Both the position numbers and the translations under genes were made by a program. 64,000 bases of DNA, from the NCBI GenBank assembly GCA_000388065.2, contig KB932202.1, one strand, 5' to 3'. Each line of letters starts with the position of its first letter. The first letter of the stretch is position 1. The DNA is from Fonticula alba ATCC 38817 (taxonomy: Eukaryota; Protista; Nucleariida). Under the pieces are notes generated by a model. It made no database searches. It was given only the letters and a program-made list of their open reading frames with translations, and was not told the DNA's origin. Positions 20,701 through 31,450 of this stretch are shown here, one piece after another.

Positions 20701-22617
20701 CTAGACATCAGCTGGATTGCCCAAGACACTGGTCCGCCAGCGCCAGCCCCCGATGTGCAAAGACCGCATGAGGATTTGCCGTCGCCGATGAACATGTCCA
20801 CGGGACATGCTGGCCTCGATGTATGCGCTGTCCAGCAGGCGGAAGCCACGAGCACGGAGGAGCTCCAAGTCCACGGTTGGCATTGGTGGCTTCTCGGGGG
20901 AATATCGAACAAAGTGCCCGTCAATCATGGTGTCGAGCAGCATGTCCAGGGCCCGGTACAGGCGAACCAGATTGGCACGACTGACTGGCAGTCGTGTGGG
21001 CCGGCGGTATCGCGGGTCGGCTGTGGCATTGTCCGGCTTCTGATTCGGCATGCCCGGAGGTCCGACCGGTGGTGGCGCATAGGAGCCGGCGTGTGCGCCG
21101 GGCAGTGGCGGCGGTGGGGCCGGGTACCACCGGTCGCCGCTGCCAGTCGCCAAGTCCGGATAGAGGGGACGTGTGTGCCCGGCAAACCGGGGGTCCGGCG
21201 AATGGACGGCCGGAGATTCGTGTCCTCTGGGGTGGTATGGCTGGTGTTGAGGATGTGGCATTCCACCAGGGGGCCCTTCGTGGCGTGGATGGGGCGGAAG
21301 GCGGCTCCCAGCCAGGTCGTCATGGCCTCCGGGGCTGGTCCACTGGTGGGAGGTATCCCAGGGGACGCTATCCTCCGGCCGCGAGGGCGGCTGCTGGGAG
21401 TGGCCATACTCCTGCGGCGGTGCCCCGTATCCTGGAGGTGGTGGGCGAATAGAGAGACTGGAGGTGCTTGGGCCAACAAGTCCCGATGGACTGGGATCAA
21501 TGTGGCCACCATAGCCGGATGCCAGGGGCGCTGGCGGCGCAGGATACCCCGGCATCGGGGTGGGATAGCTGTAGTGGCCCGGTGCCGCGACGTGGCCCGG
21601 CTGTCCCGGAACCGGCTGGTGGCCAACAACATAGCCTGACCCTGAGGAGGGCAGCCCGCCGGGGTAGCTCGATCCTGAAGGGGGCTGTTGCTCGGGGTAT
21701 GGGCCACTGGCTCGGAAGCCCGGGGAGCCGCGCAAGCGCGGCGGGATGCTGGCCCCCATCAGGGGGAATGCCCCGGACCATGCCAGAGTCCGGGCCACGG
21801 CGATGGGCATGCCCGTTTGGTTCATGAGAAACTCGGACATGGCGGCCTCGGCGCTGTCCTCGATGTCGATGACATTCTCCAGGAGGACGACCGCCTCGTG
21901 GAAGACGGCGATCATGGCCAGGGCACTGCGGGACTTGTGGTAGGAAAAGAGGCCAAAGGAGAAGAGGCTGGACTTGACATAGGGGGCCAGAGCAGCGGCA
22001 TCGTAGGCCACGGCCTGGGTTAGTTCGTTGAGCCCGACGCGGTCCCAGCGACCCCCGTCCCAATAAAGATCCAGAATGTCCAGTGGCCACTTGCCGACGA
22101 CCGCGATGCGCGTGGCCAGATTGGCGCAACTGTGGAAGGCGTCCAGCGCGCTACGGGTGTAGGAGACGGCCAGGGAGGAGAAGAGGATCCCATTGAAGGC
22201 CACGATGACCGTCAGCACCCGGAATCCGTCGGTATCCACCTGGACATCACCGAGGCCGACTGTGGTGAAGACGTAGCCCACATAGTAGGCGGTGGTGATG
22301 ATGCTGACCGGGTCGCCGGTGCTGCTGTTTCGAACCACATTGTCGAGGGAGAAGAAAACGAAGGTCCAGCTGAGCCAGAGCAGGGCCGACCAGACAATCA
22401 GAATCAACATCAATAGGAAGGGCGCAATGACGGACAGCCCGCGTCGGCCAAAGAGGTCGGGCAGCCTGGAGGCCATCCACACGCGCGACAATGAGGACCA
22501 AAGTAGCAACAGTAGATAGCCCACCACTGCGGGCCGGGTGTTGGATAGAACCGTCAGGACGATGTCGACATTGACCACGACCACCATGATGGCCCCGAGG
22601 ATGCCCAGCCAGAGCAT
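20701..22617 (-). CDS. Intronless two-TM/pore-loop (Ion_trans_2-like) channel of prokaryotic type, with a Pro/His/Gly-rich insertion; 638 aa
   Basis: Hydrophobic N-terminal helices, TM1 (LLMLILIVWSALLWLSWTFVF), pore helix and filter AYYVGYVFTTVGLGD, and TM2 (RVLTVIVAFNGILFSSLAVSY). It is a single ORF from ATG 22617. Confidence 0.82.
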   Translation of the reverse strand: MLWLGILGAIMVVVVNVDIVLTVLSNTRPAVVGYLLLLLWSSLSRVWMASRLPDLFGRRGLSVIAPFLLMLILIVWSALLWLSWTFVFFSLDNVVRNSSTGDPVSIITTAYYVGYVFTTVGLGDVQVDTDGFRVLTVIVAFNGILFSSLAVSYTRSALDAFHSCANLATRIAVVGKWPLDILDLYWDGGRWDRVGLNELTQAVAYDAAALAPYVKSSLFSFGLFSYHKSRSALAMIAVFHEAVVLLENVIDIEDSAEAAMSEFLMNQTGMPIAVARTLAWSGAFPLMGASIPPRLRGSPGFRASGPYPEQQPPSGSSYPGGLPSSGSGYVVGHQPVPGQPGHVAAPGHYSYPTPMPGYPAPPAPLASGYGGHIDPSPSGLVGPSTSSLSIRPPPPGYGAPPQEYGHSQQPPSRPEDSVPWDTSHQWTSPGGHDDLAGSRLPPHPRHEGPPGGMPHPQHQPYHPRGHESPAVHSPDPRFAGHTRPLYPDLATGSGDRWYPAPPPPLPGAHAGSYAPPPVGPPGMPNQKPDNATADPRYRRPTRLPVSRANLVRLYRALDMLLDTMIDGHFVRYSPEKPPMPTVDLELLRARGFRLLDSAYIEASMSRGHVHRRRQILMRSLHIGGWRWRTSVLGNPADV

Positions 22618-22710
22618 GGTTGTGGTCTGCTTCGGTTGCTGCGATGAGTTGTCCGTCCTTTGGGCCTTCTTCTCCTCCTCCCCCCTCGCCTCCCTGTGGT
22701 TTGTGTTTCT

Positions 22711-22770
22711 CTTCTTCTTCTTCTTCTTCTTCTTCTTCTTCTTCTTCTTCTTCTTCTTCTTCTTCTTCTT
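22711..22770 (-). repeat. (GAA)20 trinucleotide repeat in the presumed 5' leader of the channel gene
   Basis: (CTT)20 on the + strand, about 95-155 nt upstream of the ATG at 22617. Confidence 0.95.
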
Positions 22771-22974
22771 TCCTGATGCCTTCGTGCAACGAAGGGGATG
22801 GGCCTGGCGGACACCAAGGGGAGACAAACGCCTACGAGCACCGGGCCAAAGCCATCACGCGATGAACAATCTCGCGGGAGGGCTGGTGCCGACCGAGTGC
22901 ACGGCAGGAGGAGGCGACAGGCGAGCGGGGAGGCGAATGAGCACAAGGGGGCAACGTGAGGGCGACGCAAGGCC

Positions 22975-22980
22975 TTTATA
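22975..22980 (-). promoter_or_regulatory. TATA box (TATAAA) of the channel gene
   Basis: CCCCTATAAAGG on the minus strand, about 360 nt upstream of the start codon, in GC-rich context. Confidence 0.5.
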
Positions 22981-24387
22981 GGGGGGGGGGGAGTGAGAAG
23001 GGGAGGTGGCGAGTTGCTTCGATTGCTCTCTAGGGGCATGCATGGTTTTCATTTTGAGAGGCATTTTCATGCGGGCATCAGGAGCAGGGGGCACATTGGT
23101 AGGAGAGGCATGTGCCCGCGTGCGGAGAGGCACGAAAGGGAAGGGCAATCAAACCCGTGGTGCAATTGTGGGTCAACTTGGCCTGCGCGGCCCGACCCCC
23201 GGGATGATTAAGGGTGAAGGGTGTGTCCTCCCGATCACCACCAGGCACACCGAGTCCAAGGGCGGGGAATTTGGCCCAGGAAACAGGCGCGGCATGGGAA
23301 AAGGACCTGCGCCGGTTTCCCTGGGGACCGCCCTCGCCCCCCCCCGCACAAGGCACGATAGTCTCTGGCTTATCTCGCGGAAAGAGTGCTCTCGTCGGTT
23401 AAGGGCCTGCGGTTCTGGATGTGTCACCCGGTGGCCTGATCAGAGTTCGAATAGTATTACAGATCGGGTGATCCGGCCCGGAACCATAAGTTGGCAATTC
23501 GCTCGGGGCCGAAAAACCATTGGGCTGGGGAGCTTCATCGGCCCAGGGTGGGGGAGGAACCCGTATTGGGTGCTTGGGCAGCATGCCGCTGCTCTCTCTC
23601 TCATTTCATGGCAGCACATGAACCCAGCAACAAAGGGGCCTTTAAATATTTGACTCAACATATGCGTATTGGCTGTGACCCGTGGCCGGAGAGGCTGGCC
23701 TCCTGGGGTGGACTTTGGCTGTTTGTGTGTGTTTCTTCCGCGATCTTTTCAATCGCGCAGACGGCGGGGGAGGGGCGGGATGCGGAAGAACGCATGTATG
23801 TGGAGTACATGGCTGTCTTGGGCACGCTGTCGGATGGCAAGGGATGTGCCTGCCCTGTGTGCGTTGTGGTCGCCAGTTCTCCCAGCTCTGGCCTAGTTTC
23901 TTTTTTTTTTTTCAAGAGATCCCTCCACCGCCTGGAGCGACTGTGGAGGCTAGGCGCCGGAGAGGCCCCGGTCCCCTTCCTGGCGGCATGCGGGGGGCCA
24001 GTTCTCCCGCCCAGAGAGGGTCGAGATCCGATGGGCGCCAGGCGTCATGCTCGGTCGGTGCTGGGGGGCGGGGGGGATGCGCAGCCCCCCGCAGTAGGGC
24101 ACTAGAACGGGGGGAGTGCGGGCGACAGGGGCGCTGCTCCGGCCTCATGGGAGGCGGGGGGGGGGGANNNNNNNNNNNNNNNNNNNNNNNNNNNNNNNNN
24201 NNNNNNNNNNNNNNNNNNNNNNNNNNNNNNNNNNNNNNNCGGAAGAGAGCTCTGGTGGGCTTGGGCACTGGGGGGGGGTGTGTGTGTGGGGGGGGGGGGG
24301 AGGAGGGGGCAGACGGGCCGCTGGGGGATGTGACGCCACCGGCTGGCCTCCCGGGGGTCATACTGTTGGGTGTGCCGTGGTGCGGTC

Positions 24388-24436
24388 TATAAGAAAAACC
24401 GGCCCCCTCGCCCTTCCATCGGAGCTCTCTCTCTCT
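24388..24436 (+). promoter_or_regulatory. RPLP1 core promoter: TATA-like TATAAGAA plus a pyrimidine (TCT/TOP-like) tract about 35 nt downstream
   Basis: Spacing and the CTCTCTCTCTCT tract are typical of ribosomal-protein gene starts. The tract lies about 55-65 nt upstream of the ATG. Confidence 0.45.
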
Positions 24437-24489
24437 AATCGCAGTTTGATATTTTTTTGTCGCTGTGAATAGTTTCCGTGTTCTTCAAA

Positions 24490-25774
24490 ATGTCCACCGA
24501 GCTTGCTTGCGTCTACGCTTCCCTCATCCTCCACGACAGCGGTCTTGAGGTCACCGTACGTTTACCCCTCCACCCTCCTCCCCCTCTCTCTGTCTCTCGT
24601 TCTGCTTCGGTCGCCCCTCTGCCTGTTGTTCCTTTCTCCTCCACGCCGCCGTCCCTCTGCCGCCCTCCCAGTTGAGGTGAATCCCCCCCCCGCTCCTGCT
24701 CCTTCTCCAGCCTGTCTCTTTCTCTGGTCGATGTCCGCGCGTGCGCTTGGACGTCTTTTCCCGTGCTCTCCCCTTCCCGCCCCTCGCTTGAGCGGTGGCG
24801 ACTGCGGGTCGCAGCCCGGGGGAGACATCTTCGATGTTCGCGGGGCATGCGTACGCCCAACGCGCGCATGCCTGTGCCCTGGTGCTCCGGCAAAAGGGGC
24901 AGGCAGCTCCTGATCCTCACTGCACCGGTCTCCCCTCCTCCTCCTCTGTGCGGCGCCACTGTGCGCGTTCCACGTGCGCCACCCCCCCGGTAGGGGAGGA
25001 GGAGGAGGAGGAGGAGGCCGTACTTTGAGTCGGATCACCCTGCCACACCTCATCATCACCGGCTACAAGCAGGAGGGGAATTCACCGCTTCTCTGAGCGT
25101 GGCTTCCTCCAGGGCGGGCACCGTGGAGGGGGCGGCAGGGGGTATCCCCCTCCCCCTGGCCGGGGGGGGGCCACACAACACTTCGTCAATCTTTCCGCAT
25201 CTCCTCTGCATGGGCTACCCCACCCTGTCCTTGGAGTCGGATGCAGAAAGGAAATCCCGCATCCGATGCCCCCTCCCCACTCTCTCTCCTTTCCTCGCGT
25301 GCCATTTCTCACCCCTTTTGCTGTGTTCCTGCCCTCCTCCCTCCGCACATGCACCCACACACAGGCCGACAAGATCGTCGACCTGACCACCGCTGCTGGT
25401 GTCACCATTGAGCCTATCTGGGCCACCCTTTTCGCCTCCGCCCTCCAGGGCCACAACGTCACTGATCTCCTGTCCGCTGCCGGTTCCGTCGGTGGTGGTG
25501 CTGCCGCTGCCCCCGTCGCTGCCGCCGGTGGTGCCGCTGCCGCCGCTGAGGAGAAGAAGGAGGAGAAGGTCGAGTCCGACGAGTCCGATGAGGATATGGG
25601 CTTCGGTACGTCGCCCCACTCTCTCCGCGCACACGCGCTCATGCTTCCTCCCTCCTTGTCTTTCTCTCCCCTCCTCCTCCCCCTCATGTCCTTATCTGTC
25701 TTGCTGACCGCCCCCGCCTCTCCCATCCGAATCGTCTCTCTCCTCCCCCCCCACGCGCAGGTCTCTTCGACTAA
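24490..25774 (+). CDS. RPLP1: 60S acidic ribosomal protein P1; 3 exons: 24490-24555, 25365-25605, 25761-25774; 106 aa
   Basis: [29 protein letters not shown], Ala-rich hinge and terminal [13 protein letters not shown]-type motif ([13 protein letters not shown]). Confidence 0.97.
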
Positions 25775-27513
25775 ATCTCTCTGCCGAGTTATTCCAGTGT
25801 CTGCGTCCTTCGCTTCCCGCCACCAGCGGCCTAGCAACACCTTGCTGTTGTTGTCAACGGTGCCGGTGCCGACTGCCGTCTAGTGCCCTTGATACCTCTA
25901 CATTGGCGTGTGCACGCACTGGAGTGCGCCGCTCTCTGCCACTCAAGTCAATACAGATGATTTCTTACGAATCCTCTCACAACACGCCCGTGTGTGCTCC
26001 GTGTTTTTCGTGGCCCTGCCGCGCGCGCACCTGGGGCTCTCTCTTCTCCCCCTCTCTTCCTTCCTCCTTCCCCTTTCCCTCAGCATTCCCTCCCCCTCTC
26101 CCCAACTGCGCCGCCGCCTCGTGTCCCTCCTCCCCTTTTTGTCGCATCCTTTGCCCCTCTGCTGTGCACGCCCATTCCTCCACGCCTCTCCTCCTCTCTG
26201 TGGACATGTGTGCCCTCTTCCTTGCGCCTTTTCCCCCCCCCCCTCCTTCTCCCCTCCTGCGGCTGCGTGTGCAGCCGGTCGATGCGCTCAACGCTCTGCC
26301 AATCCCCCTCCTTCTTCCCGGCAGGGAGGCGGCTTGTGGGCACACAGGGTTCGGGGATCTCAGGCGTGCTCGCTCGGCGCGCGCGCGCGCGGCGAGAGAA
26401 GGTCACAGGGCAGGCTCCTTTTTTGCGCAACATCCCAGGCGGGGAGAGGGAGGGAGGGGATCACCATCATGGATCGGCTCACGGGGGGGAGGGGGCGGGA
26501 GGGGCCCCTTTCACGGGAGGCAAACGGGTGACAGGACAACGGCCCTCCTGTGTCTGCATGGTTGCCTCCCTCAAGAGGGTCAGTGGCCTTTGGGCGGGGG
26601 GGGGGGGGGGGCTGCGGCACGCCATTGTTGGCCCAGGAGAGAGCCATCCTTCGGCCCTTTCCTGGGGCCCAGTGGCAAGCCCTCCAGGTGGACAAATCCA
26701 GCCCAGCCCTCCACCAGGGGCCGGGACGGGGACTCATCGCCTCTGGGCTGCGCGTTGTGCGCTGCCTGCGGCCCTGATCTTGGCCGAGATGGCCGCGGGG
26801 GAGCAGGCCGCAGATCATCCCCCCTGGATTGTCTCTCTGTCTCCTCGGGGACCCTCCTGGAGGAAGTGTGCTGGCTGTCCGCCCCGTTCCTCTCTCGCGT
26901 TCATTCTCGCTTGGATCCCGCACGGGGGGCCCTTGGCTGGGTGGATGCCCCAGGCGCCATCTCGCGGGGGCGGCGCCCGTTGCAAGCCAGACCGAGGCTT
27001 GCGGGGTATTCCCGCCAAAGGACCGGCTTTCAACTGCCAACGACACCACCACAACACATGATAAACCGTCCAATCAGACCGTAACTATCACGGTGGCTTA
27101 ACTGGGAAACGTTTGTGTGGACTTAGCTGGATCCCAAGCGCCTTCCTCCCCTCCGCGCGCAGGCCGGGGCGCTCCGCCACGGAGCCCCGGGGAACCCCCC
27201 GTGAGTGGCTCTGTGTGCATGTGTACGTGTGTATGTGTGTGTGGGTGGCAAGAAAAGACGACTCCATCTGCGCATGCAGAGTAACAAGGACATGGGTGTA
27301 TTATTATTTAGCTCCAGTTGTAGCAGGGAGATCCAGTCTCAAAACCGGCCACCATGGCGGAGGTGCTTTTGCCAGTGTGTGTGGGGAGGGGGGGGGGGGG
27401 GGGCACAACCGACACCACGCAGGTGTGCGCACACGTCGCTCGCGGCCAGCACGCCAAGAGGAGAGAAACGAAGAGCAAGGCAGCTGAGATGGGACTAGCT
27501 AGTTGGGACCGGT

Positions 27514-30500
27514 TTAGGGGCTGGACACGCCGCCGCTGGAGGGCTTGGGATCGGCCGGGGGGGCCGAGGCATTGCGCTTCCGCTCAATCCAGGCCAACTG
27601 CCGGGCCGAGCCGCCCGCCTTGCCGAGGGCAATGAAGAGCATGGCAGTCCGCTTCTCGGTGAGCAGCTCGCCGAAGGTGATGAGGTCCTCCTCGGTCACC
27701 CGGTCCGGGTGGAGGTCCATCAGCTCCAGCAGAGCGTGCATAGCCTGGTTGGTGACCTCCTGCACATCGACCGGAGGGTCCGGTGCACTTGGGGCCGCCG
27801 CCACCGCCGGGGGCGAGGCCACGCTCGGGGTCTGCATCGAGGCCGGGCTGGCCGGCGTGGGGATCGCCACCGCCGGGGGGGCCGCCGCTGCCCCACCAGA
27901 GGCAGGCGGAGGGATGGGCACGGTGCTGGCCGGGGCCGGGGCCGGGGCCGGGGCCGGGGCCGCCGGTGCAGTCCCGGTCAAACCACCACCAAGTGATGGA
28001 GACGAGGCCGGCAGGTCGCCTGGTGAGGTGGGCGCCGGCGCCGTGCTCGGGGTCAGCAGGTGATGCGGGGCTGCCGGGGTGTCGGCCGACGAGGTGGTCA
28101 CCGAGCCAGCCGGCGGCGGGGCTGGGGACGAGCCGGCCGGCGGTGGCAGAGGCGGGTGATGGTGGCCAGGCGGAGGGAGATGCCCGGCATGCGCAAGCCC
28201 CGAGAGCGAGGGCATAGCCAGACCGGGATGTGGCGGAGCACCGTGCATGGGTGACCCACCTGCGCCGGTCAGCCCGGGACGTGGCGGCCCGGGAGGAGGG
28301 GGGGCCCCATGGAGATGATGTGGCGAGGGGGAGGGAGCCGTGCCGGGCGATGGCTGGTGGTGATGCACCCCCGGGAGATGGTGGCCGGCTGCGGCCGCCG
28401 CAGCCGCCGCAGCCGCCGCAGCTGCGGCCGAGGAATGGTGGAAAGCATGTCCCGGTGGGGGGCCCTGGTGGTGCGAGTGCGAGGGATGGTGCCCGGGTGG
28501 GTGGTGGTGGTGGTGCTGCAAACCCGGGTGCAGGCCATGCGGGGGAGGCTGGTGCATGTGGTGCGCAGCGGCCGCGGCAGCCGCGGCAGCAGCCGCAGCC
28601 GCATGCTGATCATACATGTAGCTGTGGTGAAGCCCATGCGGCGGCGGCTGGTGGTGTGGCCCAGGCGGCAGGTGGTGCGGATGGGGCGGGTGCTGGCCCT
28701 GGGCCTGGTGGTGAAGGAGGTGCCCGGCTCCGGGGCCCGGCGGCGGGGGAGGCTGCCCGTCGCGGCCGACTGCCGGGTACCGATGGGCACCAAGCAAGGC
28801 TGCGGCCGAGGAGGCAGCCGCAGCCGCATGGTCCACACCGGCCATGTGCAGGGGACCGCCCAAATCCTGAGCATTGAGAGCGGCCGCGGCACTGGCATCC
28901 ATGTAGGCGGCAGCGGCAGCAGCCGCATGGTGGGGGAAGTGCGTGCCATAGGCCCCGAGTAGGCTGCCCTCGGCCCCGGCAAACAGTGGCGGCTGCTGGA
29001 GCTGCCCCGGCGGCGGCGGCTGGCCGGCCTGTGCGGCGGCCGCTGCCGCCGCGGCCAGTGCCAGCTGCGAAGCCGGGCCCGAGTCAAGCATGCGCGCGTC
29101 GGCGATCGATGCGGCATGCGCCGTGCGTGACAGAACCGATCGAGAGGGCGACAGGGAGGGCTCGCGCGGACGAATGTGCGCCTGCTGGTGTGGCGGCGGG
29201 GGATATTGCGGCGGCGGGGGCGGCGGCGGCGGCGGGGGCGGCGGGAGGCTTGCCACCTGCCCCGGTGGAGGGGGACCCTGCTGGCCGACGCCCTGACCCG
29301 ACTCCGTCTGGCGGGTGCTGCCATAGGTCTCGCCGGTCCCGGGGGCCGGTTCGTTGCCCATGTGCGCCGCGCGGGTAATGGTCTTGACCGGGGCGAAGTC
29401 GTGCGGCACGAAGCCGATGGCATTGGAGGCGATCTGCACCGCCTCGGCGAAGCCACGAGGATTGGACATGGCATCCGGCAGGCCGGTGGCCTCGAAGATG
29501 GCCAGGGCCGCATGGCCGGCCTCGCTCATGGACTTCACCAAGGCAGTGTGATTCTCAAAGATGTACTTTTCCACGGCATTGATCACCGTCGGGGGGAAGA
29601 GGATGACCAGGGATGCGCCGGATCCAGACCGGGGGGAATCCCCATGCTCGCCAAAGAGCAGCGAGATCAGCCGAGCAGTGGTGGCCTCCAGGGGGTCGGC
29701 ATTGGCGCCGACCTTGCGCCGGAAGCCCGGGGTCGTGGTGATCCGACTGGCGCTGGGGTTCTGCTCGGTGCCAGGAGTGGCGATGCGACGCGAGCCGAGG
29801 CTGACACCGTCGCTACCACTGCCATTGTATTGAATCTTGAACTGGGCCTTGAGCTGTGGGAGGGGAGCAAGAGGGAGGGAAGAGAGGAGCAGAGACAGAC
29901 AGTGAGTGATTTGCAGAGGAGGTGATGGTGGAGGGGGCAGAGCGAGCACGCATGTGTGTGTGTGTGCGTGTGCGTGTATATATGTATGTGTGAGCCGACG
30001 CCCGTAGACGCACCGAAACCACACGGGTCTTGATCTGTGACCGGGAGAAAGACAGGCCGGAGCGGCGGTTGAAGAGATCGGTAGCCTCGCGCCAGGCCTC
30101 CTTTCGGGGATTGCCGCCGCCGGAGCCAGCCGAGCCACCGAACTTCCCCTCGCGCTTGGATCCGAAGAGAATGCCGAGCAGAAGGTGATCGCGGGCCGGA
30201 GACCAGTGGGCCCGCTCGATCTCGAGCGGCGGCGGAGGACTGAACCGAGTGGGCACCATCGCCGTGGGGGTCTGCGTGGGAGGAGCAGACGGGGTCGGGG
30301 GAGCCGGAGCCGCCTGCTGGGGAGTCCCGACGGCAGCGGCGGCGGCGGCGGCAGCCGCAGCGGCCGCCGCCGCCGCCGCTGCGGCTGCCGACCGGTTGGG
30401 ATCCACGTCAAAATGACCATGCCCCGGGGGCAGGGACCCGGGGTGCGTGGGTGGCGGGACAAGCGACTGTCCGGCGAGACCGGCTCCGAGCAGAGCAGAG

Positions 30501-31450
30501 TGCACACCACTGAGGCCCGGGGGGAAGCCGGCCTGACCCAGCAGAGGCAGATGACCGTGGGGCCCGATGCCTGGCGGCAGGCCGGTAGGGTGGGGAAGCG
30601 GTGTGTGGCCCCCGGGGACCGACATGACAGACGGCGGATGCTGCTTCTGAGCGGCGGCGGCGGCGGCGGCTGCGGCCGCCACCGCGGCGGCGGCCGCCGC
30701 GCTGCCCGGATCCACGCCGACCGACAGCTGTGCTGAAGGCGGGGCACCGCCAGCCGGCTGTCCGGAGATGGGGGACCCGGGGGTCGGGGAGGCGGCGGTC
30801 GACCGACCAGCAGTATCGGCGACCCCGGCCGGCGGGTCGATGTGCAGCTGGCTTGGAGTGGGCTCCGGAGCCGGAGATGGCACGCCGGATCCAGATGCAA
30901 GATGCGGGCTGGAGATGGCCGCGGTCGTGGCATCTAGCGCGGGACCGGCCCCCGGGGGCGAGTGCGGGTGCGATACCAGGCCAGGGGAGGAGGCGGCATG
31001 GACATCGTCGGTCGGCGGTGCCGGCGAAAGGACCGGCGAAAGGACCGGCGGCGAGAGAATCGGCGACCGGATGGTCTGTGCCAGGGCAGAGTCATTCTTC
31101 GCAGGAGCAAGCGGCCCGGCATTCGGCGAGGCGACTGGACTGCCGACAACCGATGATGCAGGGTGGCCGTGCTCAGACAAAGGGCCGGGCTCCGTGGTCA
31201 TCGAGGCACCAGGAAGGCCGGCGGGCGACAGGGCCGACGGCGAGGCTGGCGAGGAGGCGGCGGCCGACATGGCCGAGGCCGCGGCGGCAACCGCATCGAT
31301 AACGGGGTTGACGTGGGTGGAAATGGTTGCTACGGTGCGGGAAGGGAGACCGGCACCCCGAACTGTTCCTTGGGAAATGCGCGCAGCCGCCAGAGGGGAA
31401 GGAGGGAGAAGGAGGGGCGAAAGACTGGGTTGTAAAGCGTCAGCAACCAT
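27514..31450 (-). CDS. Myb/SANT-like DNA-binding protein (Myb_DNA-bind_3-like) embedded in Pro/Ala/His low-complexity sequence; 2 exons: 31450-30014, 29853-27514; about 1258 aa
   Basis: HWSPARDHLLLGIL...RKEAWREATDLFNRRSGLSFSRSQIKTRVVSLKAQF trihelix pattern, completed by a phase-0 intron. C-terminal helical motif ELLTEKRTAMLFIAL...RQLAWIERK. Confidence 0.78.

Noticed and set aside
25015-25105. U3 snoRNA-like words (GTACTTT, GGATCA, CTGAGCGTG) in RPLP1 intron 1
   Set aside because: No box C (TGATGA) or terminal box D follows at the expected spacing, and U3 is normally independently transcribed. It is kept only as part of the generic intronic-ncRNA finding.
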